Assembly: GCA_002811645.1 (NCBI GenBank) | Contig: PDIP01000008.1 | Span: 190,608 to 254,607 of the forward strand | Direction of reading: 5' to 3' | Origin: Corallochytrium limacisporum Hawaii | Taxonomy: Eukaryota; Protista; Pluriformea | Length of the DNA stretch: 64,000 nucleotides | In this document: one piece after another, positions 47,601 through 59,189 of the stretch | Numbering within the stretch: the first letter of the stretch is position 1 | Layout of the letters: the number at the start of each line of letters is the position of its first letter | Position numbers and translations under genes: made by a program | Notes under the pieces: model-generated | Seen by the model: the letters and a program-made list of their open reading frames with translations, nothing else | Databases searched by the model: none | What the model was told of the DNA's origin: nothing

Positions 47601-48694
47601 GGAGGGGGGCCAAGCCAACGCAAGTTGGCTACCGTTGTTAATGGAGTGGTCACGAGGCTGCTTTTTTCTTAAAGACGTTCAAGAGATTAAAAATACAGGC
47701 ACTGTGACACCTTTTTGTCTCCGGTTCCAAGGGGCAACCGACCGCTGTAAGGTTACCTGTCCCATTCAACTTTTTTCTGAATTAAGGAGGGAGGGGGGGT
47801 CTCGGGGGGGGGTTTTCGGGAGGAGTGAGAACGGGGGAAGGGGGGATGGGCTGTCAGTTTTTTTGATAGCTTTTCTGCCCTCAAATGACGGGTGATGATG
47901 GGTTCCCCCCGGAAGAGGGAAGGGGGCAGAGAGAGAGAGAGATCTTGGGGCTTTCTGCTGCGTCCCGTTTCCAGTACAGAGCGGTGTCTGCTTCCTGAAA
48001 CAGACAGACAGACAGGGAGAGAGAGAGCGAGAGAGAGAGAGAGAGGAGGGTTTGTGTGTGTGTGTGGAGAGAGAGAGAGAGACTCACCTTTGCAACCGAC
48101 AGTTTCTCTCCTGCGGGAGGTCTGAAGAAAAAAAAATGAGAAAAAAAAAAGGGAGAGAGAGAGGGTGGACCCGCAGTAAATGATGCGTTGCAGAGCCCAG
48201 CCCTCACACAGCGGGGCGAGATACCCAGGCACAGACACAGGAGAGAGTGCGAGACGAGACCCTGACACTTCTTTTTCTTGCTGCTTGTCCATTGCTGACA
48301 TAGGGGCCCCAATTGCGTGTAGTGGCCAGGTCGGGACACGAACGGTTGTGAGCCCACTACGACGAATGCGAGAAGTGGTAAGTCGGATGAAGCCAACGAG
48401 GGTTATCCGCCAATGGCGGGCATGTGTTCACCACTGTTGGTAGAAAGGCTTGTCCGATCATTTGGTGGCTGTGTTGGTGTTTCAGGAGACCAACACAATG
48501 AAAGGGAGGTCGCCAGCAATCCCTATACCAGAACACATAGAGCCCCACGTCTCGGGATAGCATTCAATCTGCCTAAGGTATCCTAACGGGGCAGGATTGA
48601 ACTTTTCGTGACCTGGACTTGACTAGCTCCATCCCGTCGAAGGGATTAGTTACAGTGCAGTAGAATAGTGTGACTGAATTGACAAGTGTGAACC

Positions 48695-50251
48695 ATGTCG
48701 AATAGTGAAAGTAATGGACACCAGGTGCTGCGGAGGGCAATCATGGCTGTGCACAGTCATCCCGAATGGGACGCCGCTACAAAAAACCGAAAGGTGCAGC
48801 GCTTGATGATGGGGCAGACAAATGTGCCATTGGAGCAGGCGGAAATCACGGGACATGAGAGTATTACAAAGCTTTTGCAAACCCCGGGATCAACTCCCCG
48901 CAGTGCGCTCGGGGGCTGCAACTACGCTCCACACACGCCGTGCGGCAAGAGCGGTCATGCACCCACCGTTCCCTACACTGTCACTGCGGAGGAGCACCAA
49001 CATCATGCGCAGTGCAGCAGTGGATCTCCTAACCATGCCTTCTCGCGGGCAGAGACCCCCGAAGGGGAGCACGTGCCGGTCGCGGCTTCCGCGTTGCCGA
49101 AGCCAGAAAATGTCGTCCGCACCTGGCATGACAAGGATAAGGATATCCTGGGCTGTGAACACTATATGCGCAATTGCCAGCTGCGGGCCAAGTGCTGCGG
49201 CAAATACTACACCTGTCGTCTGTGTCATGATGAGCATGAGGATCATACCATGGACCGCTATGCCACGGACGAAATGCGCTGCATGGGCTGCGGCCTGTCG
49301 CAGACACCCCGGGCGACGTGCCGGAATACGGACTGCGGTATGAAGATGGCACGGTACTACTGCAAAATTTGTAAGCTCTGGGATGACGAAGAGAACAAGA
49401 ACATTTACCACTGCGACAAGTGTCGTCTGTGCCGCATTGGCCAGGGCCTCGGCAAAGACTACTTCCACTGTGACACGTGCAATGTTTGCATGAGCATCTG
49501 TCTGAAGAACGCCCATCGATGCATTGAGCGCAGTCTGGAGAGTGACTGTCCGATCTGTGGTGAGTACATGTTTACGTCCACCCGGACCGTGATGTTCATG
49601 CAGTGTGGCCATTGTATGCACTACAACTGCTACAGTCATCACATTCAGAACAGCTACCAGTGCCCGCTGTGTCTGAAGTCTCTGGGTAACATGACACGAT
49701 ACTTTGAGCGCCTAGACGAGGTTATGGAAGCCCACCCCATGCCTCCAGAGTTTGTCAGGGAACGAAGTTACGTACTGTGCAACGACTGCGAACGGAAGTC
49801 GAATTGCAAGTACCATTTCCTGTACCATCGCTGTGCCCACTGCGCCAGCTACAACACAACCACCCTCAAGACGTTCACGGCATCTTCAGAAAAGGCAAGT
49901 ATCGACCCACAGCAGCCCCGTGCCACAACAAGCAGCGATACAGAGAATTCGGAGAAGTCGGAAAGCACTAGAGACAACGATGAGAGCGGCATGGAACTGG
50001 ACACCCCAAGAGAAGTGGAGCCCGTTGACACAGACGACCAAGACGAAGATGAAGTTCTCGACGTCAGTGACAACGACACCTCTGCTGGTGACATTTCCTT
50101 CACCGAACGCAGGCCCAGTGCCCGACTCAGGAATCAGCGCCTTTCGGAAGTGGCCGACAGTTCCGAGGACGAGGAATCACCCATCCGGCCACCTGTCACT
50201 CGCTCACAAACCGCCCGACAGCGTGCACCACATCAGCCGAACCTGCAATGA
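48695..50251 (+). CDS. RCHY1: RING finger and CHY zinc finger E3 ligase (Pirh2-like)
   Basis: GCEHYMRNC..CC..CRLCHDE (CHY), YHCDKCRLCRIG (CTCHY), CPIC...CGHCMH...CPLC (RING-H2), C-terminal Zn ribbon; acidic tail. Confidence 0.93.
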   Translation: MSNSESNGHQVLRRAIMAVHSHPEWDAATKNRKVQRLMMGQTNVPLEQAEITGHESITKLLQTPGSTPRSALGGCNYAPHTPCGKSGHAPTVPYTVTAEEHQHHAQCSSGSPNHAFSRAETPEGEHVPVAASALPKPENVVRTWHDKDKDILGCEHYMRNCQLRAKCCGKYYTCRLCHDEHEDHTMDRYATDEMRCMGCGLSQTPRATCRNTDCGMKMARYYCKICKLWDDEENKNIYHCDKCRLCRIGQGLGKDYFHCDTCNVCMSICLKNAHRCIERSLESDCPICGEYMFTSTRTVMFMQCGHCMHYNCYSHHIQNSYQCPLCLKSLGNMTRYFERLDEVMEAHPMPPEFVRERSYVLCNDCERKSNCKYHFLYHRCAHCASYNTTTLKTFTASSEKASIDPQQPRATTSSDTENSEKSESTRDNDESGMELDTPREVEPVDTDDQDEDEVLDVSDNDTSAGDISFTERRPSARLRNQRLSEVADSSEDEESPIRPPVTRSQTARQRAPHQPNLQ

Positions 50252-50532
50252 GTTTATCACCTTTCCATGAAGCCCATCTTGTCGACATTTTCTCTTATTT
50301 GGTAAAGAATCACAACACACATCTTTTAAGGAATCATAATCGTACTGCCCCTATTGTAAGGCATCATCAACAGCATACAATACAATAGCATATCCATCGT
50401 CGCTTCCTATCAATTCAAAACCAGTTTGTGTATTTGGTGCTGTACAACGTGTATGAAAAATGTTATGTTATGGAACGTCTCTATGTAATGGGAAATGGGA
50501 TGCTGCGAAGAAATGTCAATGATTGCTGAGGT

Positions 50533-51138
50533 CTACCGACGACGCCCTTTCTGCACCAGCTCAAAGCCATCCTCGTCAACGATTGGCTCGGGCCGCGCGC
50601 GGCGCGGCAGAGAGTCTCCGTTAGCATCCAATTCCATGCCGTCCTCATCCATGGCATTGCCATCATTGCCATTATTATCCTCATCATCACTGCTGTCATT
50701 AACAATTGCGTTGCCAGCAACCATGTTACCGTTCTCATCGACGGCAATGCCCCGCTGCAGTCTGTCAGGGGCCATGGATCCAATGTGCTGATCCAGAGCC
50801 GAAAAATTACCGGTCATGCACCACCCGTGCATTTTCAAAATCGTGTTCGCCACCTGCCAGGTGCTGTCATCTTCACTCTGTACGCTGAATTCGTCACTCA
50901 GGAACTGATCCAGAAAGTGGTCCAGAGAGTCGGCATCGGGCATGGAAGCCTTGTTCACACTCGGATCGAACAGGTCAATGGTACAGCCCATGAACCAGGC
51001 CACGATATCTTCGGTAGCAGGGCCGGCAAATTCGTGCTCAAGCGCAAGCTTGATGGTAGTCCAGTGCTTGAACGTGCAACGTACACCGTCCTGGAACCGG
51101 GCAAAGGCCTCCGGAGTTAACTGAGGAGGCTGAACCAT
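50533..51138 (-). CDS. TSR2: Pre-rRNA-processing protein TSR2
   Basis: F..W..IKLALEH, EF...EDDS..QVA, acidic tract, VDEDGFELVQKGRRR. Confidence 0.88.
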   Translation of the reverse strand: MVQPPQLTPEAFARFQDGVRCTFKHWTTIKLALEHEFAGPATEDIVAWFMGCTIDLFDPSVNKASMPDADSLDHFLDQFLSDEFSVQSEDDSTWQVANTILKMHGWCMTGNFSALDQHIGSMAPDRLQRGIAVDENGNMVAGNAIVNDSSDDEDNNGNDGNAMDEDGMELDANGDSLPRRARPEPIVDEDGFELVQKGRRR

Positions 51139-51833
51139 TTTCCTTCTTTTACGTCGTGGACGATTTAAACCCTGTTGTTTTGCTAGTGCCCAGCAGTCGT
51201 AGAGAAGCGCGAGACCTTATGTACGTAATCTTGTGCAGACATCATCTTGACATACCAGCCAAGGTTTCGCAAACCTATTCGGACAAACTTCCCTTGTACT
51301 TTAGGCACGCACACGCACAGGCAACGCTGCTTGAGAAACCCGCCTTTTCTGCAACTGAGGCACGCGGGTTCCGAAGCCAACCGCCCCCCCACCCTTCTTT
51401 TCGGGTAGACCACCGTAGAGATGCAGGTTTTTGGGGGTTTAGGTACACATTGCCCTGCCCCAACTTGGGAGGAAGGGAGACGAGGCAGAAAAAGGGGGGG
51501 GCTTTTGGTAATAGGGGGAGGAGGGAGAGACCTGATCTCTTGATTCTCTTGATCACCAATTTTGAATCAAGCCAGTTTTGCTCGCCCGGTAGCTCCGCGC
51601 TCGAAATTGTAAGGCCGGACGAAGTCTCGAGTTCATGTCGAGCGTGGAGTACGACCGACTTTTGCAATTTCTTCTGAATTTTTCGGTCAAGATGGTACTT
51701 CAAATGAATTTTCAGTGTACGTGGTTCTAAACCATGTGAACTAGCATTTTGGCAGAAGGATCAGGGCAAGGATACATATACCATGGATGTAATATTCGAG
51801 CGTCAGAAAGAACGCACAAAATAGATAGACAAA

Positions 51834-52634
51834 ATGCAGTCAGGGGGATATGCACAGCCTCCAGGGGCTGGACAGCAAGCCGTACCGGGACTGCAGCCGC
51901 AGAGGCCTACAGGAACAGATCAGGCGCCCTCCGCAGCAGCAGCAGCAGCTGGGCAGAGCCCCGTGACTCTGAAGGTTTTCCGCCTAGCCAGGCCATCATT
52001 TCGGACCGAAGGATCAATATCATTGGACCCGGCTAATCCCTTAGAACACTCTTGCGGAAATACTCTTTGGCAATCTACAGCAGTAGCATATGAGGAAATG
52101 ATGGCGGGGGAAGAGAAGACTCTTGGTGCAAATATGCCAAATACACCGGAGAACTTCCTAATGCTACCCTCCAAAATTCGCAAGACTTTCCTTGGAGACT
52201 CATTTGTGTGCCTCTTAAGCATTGTCAATGATTCACCGGACAGAACCTTGTTGTTGCAGATTCGAGTAGAGATTCAGGTTGGATCGCGGCGCATAACCAA
52301 ATTCGATACGGGTAACGCACCAGTTGTACTGGAGCCGTATCCTTCACCAAACAGCCGCTTCAGTCGGAAATTGGAGCACGAAGTCCGCGATTTGGGTCAG
52401 CACGCACTGCGCTGCGCTATTTCCTACGTCGATCGGCCCGCAGACCAGGCCGTACAAGGTAACATAGCGCATCCCCTCGCCGGGCCGGCTGCACCCGCGC
52501 CCGGGCAGCCTCAACAGGCACCCCCACAGCAGCAGCAACAGCAGCAGCACTCGTACGGCAGTGCACCGACCACCTCAGAGGTACCACCTCCATATAGCAG
52601 CTTCCAACAGCCAGGCCAACAGCAAGAGCAAACC

Positions 52635-52667
<33 letters not shown>

Positions 52668-53708
52668 CTGCGGTGGGTACCGATTACTCGGGTATTCCGA
52701 TTCCAAGTGCTGAATCCTTTGAATGTCAGAACCAAGACTCGCGCGGATGGCGTCTCAAGCTACTATCTTGAGGCGCAGATTGAGAATTCGACGGATGGAC
52801 CTCTGACCCTGGAGTCGGCCACGTTTGAGAATGGCCCAGAGTACACAGCCAAGCAAATTGGTTGCCCTGTGGGATTCAGCAACGACGGAAACAGTGATAT
52901 GTCGAACGTTCTGGGCCTGCTGGGCAGAGTGCTAGAGCCCGGTGCTGTCACCCAGCTGCTATTCGCTCTGAAGCATGTTGAACACAGTACAGCCAACGAC
53001 ACCACGGATGCTTCCATGACACCGGGAGGGACAGGTGATGTAGCTCCACCTTCTGCTGGGACAGCGGCCACAGCCGACAAATCCAACGCAGACTTCCTGG
53101 GCATCCTCAGTCTGAACTGGAAGACCCACTTCGGGGACGGTGGACGTCTCAGAACCAATCGTCTGCAACGCCGTGTCATGCAAGCTGGTTCGACTGATTT
53201 GGTCAGCGTTTCCGGAAAGTCAGCCGCGCAGGAAGTGCTACTCGAAGAACTTTTCCAGGTAGCTGTTACGGTCACCAACATCACAACACAGGTTATCAAT
53301 GCTGAACTTGAGTGGGAATTAAAAGGCCTGACCGCCATGGAAGGACCTAAGGATATGGCTGCCATGGATCAGAAGCAAACCAACGGACAACCGGGTGCGG
53401 ATCACGATGGATCCTCCGGGGCGGCGACTCTGGAAATGATATCCACCAAGGAGTCATCAGTCCTCCAGGTCAGCAATTCTCATCCTCTTGGTGCCGCACA
53501 CATGGGCTTGCTACCTGCTGAGGGCGAGGCAGTCAGTGTCGGGCGGTTGCAACCGCTGGAGTCCCGCACAGTCACCGTTCTTGCTTTCGCGGCCGCACCT
53601 GGTCTGCAGAAGATCCGTGGCCTAACTGTAGTTGACAAGCTCACTGGACGCATGCAATCGCTAGATATTGTTGGCGACGTCTTCGTGTCGTACAATCATC
53701 ATGAGTAA
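51834..53708 (+). CDS. TRAPPC13: TRAPP complex subunit 13-like
   Basis: TLKVFRLARP, LMLP....FLGDSF, HEVRDLGQHALRCAISY, FRFQVLNPLNVRTK, LEAQIEN, LGILSLNWK..GDGGRLRT..LQR, PGLQKIRGL. Confidence 0.88.
52635..52667 (+). repeat. CAG repeat encoding polyQ in TRAPPC13
   Basis: (CAG)9 CAA CAG. Confidence 0.9.
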
Positions 53709-53832
53709 ACCACGGTGGGTGAAGTGTTTAGAAAACCTGATAGTATTAGATTTTCACTATATTGTATAATTGGTATAGCATGACGATTTTGGGACGTGGA
53801 GGAGGGCAGGCGAGGTCACTGTCGGAATGGTT

Positions 53833-54306
53833 TCAATCCGAAACCTCCTTCTTCATCTTCTCGTAGCTGTTGGCAACCTGAGACTTGACGTCGCCCTCGC
53901 GTTGGCTAGTGAGTACATGGAGACCGACAGCGACTGCAGTGCCGATCGCGGCGCCGCCTGGAATGCTCATCTTCGTCAATGCGGCCAGTGCGGCGCCCCC
54001 AATAGCACCTGCAGTTGAGAACTGATCGGTGCGGATCTGCCCTGTGTTATTGGCCAGACGGTAGACGCGGTCCTCCGCACCAGTGGCATCGATCCGAGAG
54101 AGAGCTGCCATACCCAGCGCAGCAGAAATGACTGTGAAGACAGCGCCTGACCGTGCAGCGAAGGGACCCACCCGTTCGACTGTGATGGGCTGCTTTCGAA
54201 ACAGAGACCAAGGGGCAAAGGCTACCAACCCGACGATGGACCCCATCTGCCATCCTTTGAAAACAACATGGCGCTCGACTTTCCAGTGATCACTTGTTTC
54301 CATCAT
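53833..54306 (-). CDS. Small membrane protein, DUF1757-like
   Basis: HVVFKGWQMGSIVG, EDRVYRLANNTGQIRTD, Gly/Ala-rich TM segments; first in-frame ATG is 54306. Confidence 0.65.
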   Translation of the reverse strand: MMETSDHWKVERHVVFKGWQMGSIVGLVAFAPWSLFRKQPITVERVGPFAARSGAVFTVISAALGMAALSRIDATGAEDRVYRLANNTGQIRTDQFSTAGAIGGAALAALTKMSIPGGAAIGTAVAVGLHVLTSQREGDVKSQVANSYEKMKKEVSD

Positions 54307-55379
54307 CTTTCTCTTTGTTGATCTTACATTCAACGCAAACCGATCTGAGGTGCAAGATAGGTTGACCGCAACGTCATGGTTTGCATATGAGAAATGGTGT
54401 GTGATCTAGTCACGTCACATACCTTCGGCAACCACCGTCGTTTCCTAGTTGTGCAGGCACTGCCCACCAAATCTGCCGTGTAGGTGCCTTTCCTTCGGAC
54501 GTCTCCTGACTGCCGTCCAAACGCTCGTAAATCAGCGATTTCCACCACAAATTTCGTGGTTTAAGGAGATCGGCTTCGTCGCGCATCTCCCAAACTCTCT
54601 TCGGTGAAGAGATTGCGTACTGTGCTGGGAACTGCAGCCCTTGCCTGGTTTCGGTACCGTACAGTTCTGCTGGAAGTGCAAATTCCTTCCAAAACCCTGG
54701 TCCCAAACAAACGATGAACGAGGAATGGGACAGCAAGAAGTTGGTGGCCCTGCGCAGATTTTATTCATATACGGTTCTTCTGCATACTGTTTCAATGAGC
54801 TCCAAAAACGTTTGAGTCTTTCTCATTATACGCACATTCAATATACAAGTACACCGATAAATATATACGGACGTTGTATGGCATCCTCATCCCGGTCTGT
54901 GCGTACACAAATGCGAAGTTGGGTGAGGGAAAAGCCAAGGGTGTGAGAGATAGACGATCAGCAAAAAGCACAGAAAAAAAAAAATAAGGACCAAGGCCCA
55001 AAGAAAACAGGCCACGGGACCCCCGCCCCATCAGTGTGTCAGCCCTCTATATTGCATGGGGGGTTCAACCCACGCATATCCTCCCAGTGCAAGACCCTGG
55101 AAAAACGAACAGCTGTGCGGGGTGTTTCGATAGAGTGGTAGCTGAACTGCTGTTTGTGTACCTGTGACCCGGACAAGAGACCGGCTCTTGCCCGCATTCC
55201 GTTGTGGTTTCCCACAGTGATGTGAAATCGTCTGGACCCGGATTCACTGATGGTCCACTTGTGTCCCTATGGTCCTGTCAAGGCTACTTCAGACAAGCTG
55301 ATCCCATCCTCGCAAGGCATTCGCAAGGCACTCGTTAGCCGCGTTGTATGCTGTGATACGACACAACGTACAGATCACG

Positions 55380-56330
55380 ATGGTAGCCACCAAAGCCGCA
55401 TCCGGCCTGCGTCACCTGGTGACCCTGGGTGAGTACTCCCCTGAACGGATCAGGGCACTTCTCGCATCCTCTGCTAGTCTGAAGCAGAAGTTTCGCTCTG
55501 GAGTACGTGACTACCGTCCTCTGCAGGGTCACAGCATGGCCATGATCTTCCAGAAACGATCCACTCGCACCCGTGTCAGCAGCGAGACTGGTATGGCCTG
55601 GTTGGGTGGTCATGCTCTGTTCCTTGGCAAGGACGACATCCAATTGGGCGTGAATGAGAGTCTGTACGACACTGCCAAGGTGCTAAGCGGATTTAATGAC
55701 GTGATTCTGGCTCGTGTCTTTGAGCACAAGACCATCAGTGACCTCCGTGAGGCATCTGAAGTGCCCATCATCAACGCACTGTGCGACAAGTACCACCCTC
55801 TACAGATTTTGGCTGATCTCCTGACCATTCAGGAGCATTTCGGACGGGTTGAAGGGCTGAAGATTGGTTGGGTTGGTGACGGCAACAACATCATCCAGGA
55901 GATGATGGTTGGCATGCCAAAACTGGGCATGTCCATCAACGTGGCGACGCCAAAGGGGTACGAGGTCGACGCCAACATCGCAGACTGGGCCGGAGAGATG
56001 GCAGCTGAGGCAAAACAGACCATCAAGTACACGAATGACCCGGAAGAGGCCGTGCATGATGCCGACGTTGTGGTCACCGACACTTGGGTTTCGATGGGTG
56101 ATGAAGATCAGTACGCGAAGAGGATGAAAGCCTTTGCAGGATACCAGGTGAACAAGGAGCTCACACAGAAGGCCAAGCCGGGACATATCTTCCTGCACTG
56201 TCTTCCCAGGCACAAAGAGGAAGTTAGCGATGAAGTCTTCTACAGCGAGAAGAGTCTCGTCTTCCCGGAAGCTGAGAACCGCATGCATACTCTCAATGCC
56301 GTTCTGCTGCATCTCCTGCAAAAAGATTGA
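55380..56330 (+). CDS. OTC: Ornithine carbamoyltransferase
   Basis: FQKRSTRT, HPLQ, GDGNN, DTWVSMG, HCLP, EAENR. Confidence 0.96.
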   Translation: MVATKAASGLRHLVTLGEYSPERIRALLASSASLKQKFRSGVRDYRPLQGHSMAMIFQKRSTRTRVSSETGMAWLGGHALFLGKDDIQLGVNESLYDTAKVLSGFNDVILARVFEHKTISDLREASEVPIINALCDKYHPLQILADLLTIQEHFGRVEGLKIGWVGDGNNIIQEMMVGMPKLGMSINVATPKGYEVDANIADWAGEMAAEAKQTIKYTNDPEEAVHDADVVVTDTWVSMGDEDQYAKRMKAFAGYQVNKELTQKAKPGHIFLHCLPRHKEEVSDEVFYSEKSLVFPEAENRMHTLNAVLLHLLQKD

Positions 56331-56466
56331 GTTGGCTCTTGTACATACCTTCTGAGGGATCTGGAATAAACAAGACATCCTTCTCCCCTGTTTAGTAGTC
56401 AAAGTTTTGTGCTTCAAGATATTCCAAGTAAACTAGATATAGTCTATTGTAAGTGGCTTGCAGAAC

Positions 56467-57577
56467 TTACTCGTTAAAGAGCACTCGATTGAGGAAGTTC
56501 TTGATGTCCACCAATTCCTGAGGGTGCAGAGCGTGAGGCAACCCACGGTAAGACTTGAACGTAACATTAAGACCGAGCTCGTTCTTCATGTACTCGTAGC
56601 TCTTGTGGCCATACGAGTGCTGCACAACCATGTCGGCATCACCGTGGCACTGGAAGACCGGCACTTCCTTTGCGAATTTACCGAGATTTTCGGTGACGTG
56701 CTTCCTCAAGGGGAGGTAGCAGGAAAGCGCAACGTAGCCGGCGAGCTTCTTATCCAGCTGCAGACCGGTGTACAAGGTCATGGCGCCACCCTGGGAGAAG
56801 CCACCAAGCACGATCTTTTCAGGAGGAATGCCATTGGCGATCTCCTGCTCGATCATGTCTCTTATCCGCTTGCTAGAGCCCTCAATACCCTCAAAGTCCT
56901 CTTCGGCGCGGTTGTCCAGGCTCTTGATGTCATACCAAGAAGTCATCTTCATGCCCATGTTGAGGGTGACTGGCATCAGGGGTCTGTTTACGTTAAATGG
57001 GATGTGTATACATAGATTAGTTCAACAGTTCTCAAAGAATCACATCTGTAGGTTTGAAGAGAAGATAAGAAAATACTTACGCTGTGGGTAAAACAAAACG
57101 TACGTTGGCCAGTTCCTGGCTGATGTGCCGCATGGGGTCATCCCAACCAGCACCACTGTCGCCGAGTCCATGAACCCAGAAGACGGTGGCCTCATGCTGT
57201 TCCTTGGGTTGGATCACCAAATCCGGTGCTGCTCCAGTGCTAAAGTCGCGGCCTGTTGATGCGTTGAATTCAGGAGAAGTAATTTTCTCTGTTAGTATGC
57301 TATCTTTCACATTGTTCCTGGTCTCAGGGGGTTCAGGACCCCCGGGAGGTCCTGAACCTGGTGGTCCTCTAGCGTGCATTGAACTCCCATCAAAGGCTTG
57401 GGGTAGGTATATTACAATGTAAGTAACCAGACAGACCAGAAAAAACGCCCCTGGTCCTCCAAGTGTATACCTACTCATCTTTGCGGCAAGGGACTTAGTG
57501 AAACCTTTCTTTCCGTTGGACAAAACTGCGCTTCTGCGGCTGTACAACTGTCTTCCGAACCTGATCACGCTCAGCAT
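56467..57577 (-). CDS. LYPLA1: Acyl-protein thioesterase / lysophospholipase (APT1-like), two exons: 57577-57081 and 56983-56467
   Basis: Exon 1 HGLGDSGAGW...LPTA; exon 2 PLMPVTLNMG..SWYDI, GGFSQGG, HGDADMVV, H; the 97-nt GTAAGT...CTAAT...CAG intron restores frame (1014 nt total). Confidence 0.92.
56984..57080 (-). other. Spliceosomal intron (97 nt)
   Basis: GC|GTAAGT donor, ACTAAT branch site, AAACAG|A acceptor; splicing rebuilds PTAP.PVTLN. Confidence 0.88.
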
Positions 57578-58144
57578 TAAATATACGTTTACGCGTTAAG
57601 TCTCTGGATGTACTCGAGAACAATCCTCGACCCGATACCAGGAGGTTCATACACGAGAAGAACTGGTAGGAAGCAAAGCACAGCGGTGAATCAGTACCGC
57701 CCATAAATAGCCACACGAGCACTGCAGGGCCCTGTCCCGTGTCCTCCCGCCGTGCCCTCCTTCCCCGTGGCCCTGCGCTAGGGGGAGGGAAGTTGCAGAC
57801 TACTCCCCAGGGGCAGAGAGCCCGTATCACTCACCCCCTCCCCTTGCGCTTACTGCTCAGTGCAAAGGCCGTGGAACAGTAAAACGGGGGCCCAATTGGT
57901 CGAATCCCCTCTCCCCGTCGGTTTGCAGCCGGCCCAGGAGTACTTGGTTTAGTGTGTTGAAGCTCATTTGAATGGATGCGTTGCTATTTTACAGTTTCAG
58001 CAATCGAAGACCACCAGATTAAGGAGGAAACCCCTGAGCAATTATAAATGACTATTGATCCAGGGCATGTAAGTATGTGAGCGGACACTTACGCGGCAGA
58101 CAATACGCACACGTCATTCAGAGTCAAGAGACGCATCGGACACC

Positions 58145-58678
58145 ATGGACGCTGCGGACAACATAGAAAGTCTTAAGGTGAAGCTCGCTGTACAACCCTC
58201 ACAGGTCAAGGATTGTGCTACAATACTTCTGCATGCAATCTTTCTTTGTCGGACATTCAAGGGCCCAGTGAAGCCCACAGATGCTGAGGCGGAGTTCTTA
58301 GAGTTCAACTATGTAGTATGCGACGAGGAGGATGTGAAGCAAGCAGTTGATGAAGTCTGCAGTAAATTGAAGCAACAGACCCGCTTGGTCATGCCAGGTG
58401 ACAAGATTTCAGTAGCGTTGCAGTTCTACACGACCAGGAAGAAGGGATTCCTTGGTGAGGATCGACTAGTGTTCGAAGAGTTTTTGCTAGAGTTCACCAT
58501 CAAAGAGGTCAACAGCGAGGATCAACGGATGGAATTCACAAAGGGACTGCAACAGGATTTGCGTCTTCAGATTGAACGGTTGATAAACTTTATCAATCAG
58601 AAGCAGGGGCACCTTCCCGAGTTGGATCAGACGACCAAGAGCGCAGTGGCGTTCCGCTACGATCTGAAGGTGCTGTAG
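58145..58678 (+). CDS. ATG101: Autophagy-related protein 101 (HORMA domain)
   Basis: LLHAIFLCR, VKP.D....LEFNYV, ALQFY...K, VFEEF, IN....HLP, F.Y. Confidence 0.82.
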   Translation: MDAADNIESLKVKLAVQPSQVKDCATILLHAIFLCRTFKGPVKPTDAEAEFLEFNYVVCDEEDVKQAVDEVCSKLKQQTRLVMPGDKISVALQFYTTRKKGFLGEDRLVFEEFLLEFTIKEVNSEDQRMEFTKGLQQDLRLQIERLINFINQKQGHLPELDQTTKSAVAFRYDLKVL

Positions 58679-59189
58679 ATATACATCGTTGTCTAGAGAT
58701 AATGTAAAGAACAAAACAAAGGACGTAAGTCATAGCATCCATCAATCAATCAACCATTCATAAACATAAACGGAAATATAGAGCCTTACGCAGCATCACC
58801 GACTTCTATTGACAAGGTTTCGATTGTCGCCTGTCCAGCCCTCGACCCCCTCCCCATTCCCTCTGTACGTAGGGACCCTTTCATTGTGTGCTGGTACAAA
58901 TCCGTTTCCCTTTGCTGAAATGGCCGTTACGGGCCCTCTGCTCTGCCAGGAGGCTCGCCCGCGCAATAAAGCAAAGCCAGTGTTGCGAGAAGGGCCGTAC
59001 CAGAGTGCGTCTGTTTGGGTATTAAAAGAGTCATGGGCATTGCTCTTGCGTGATCATGACCCGTACGTTGGTCGAGTATGAGGAAGTGAATGATACGGTT
59101 TACATGTTGCTACTGTACGAAGCGGCATACCTGATCTTGTCCGAACCATGAGAGAGCTGCACACGGTCATACTATAGCCCTCCAGGACG

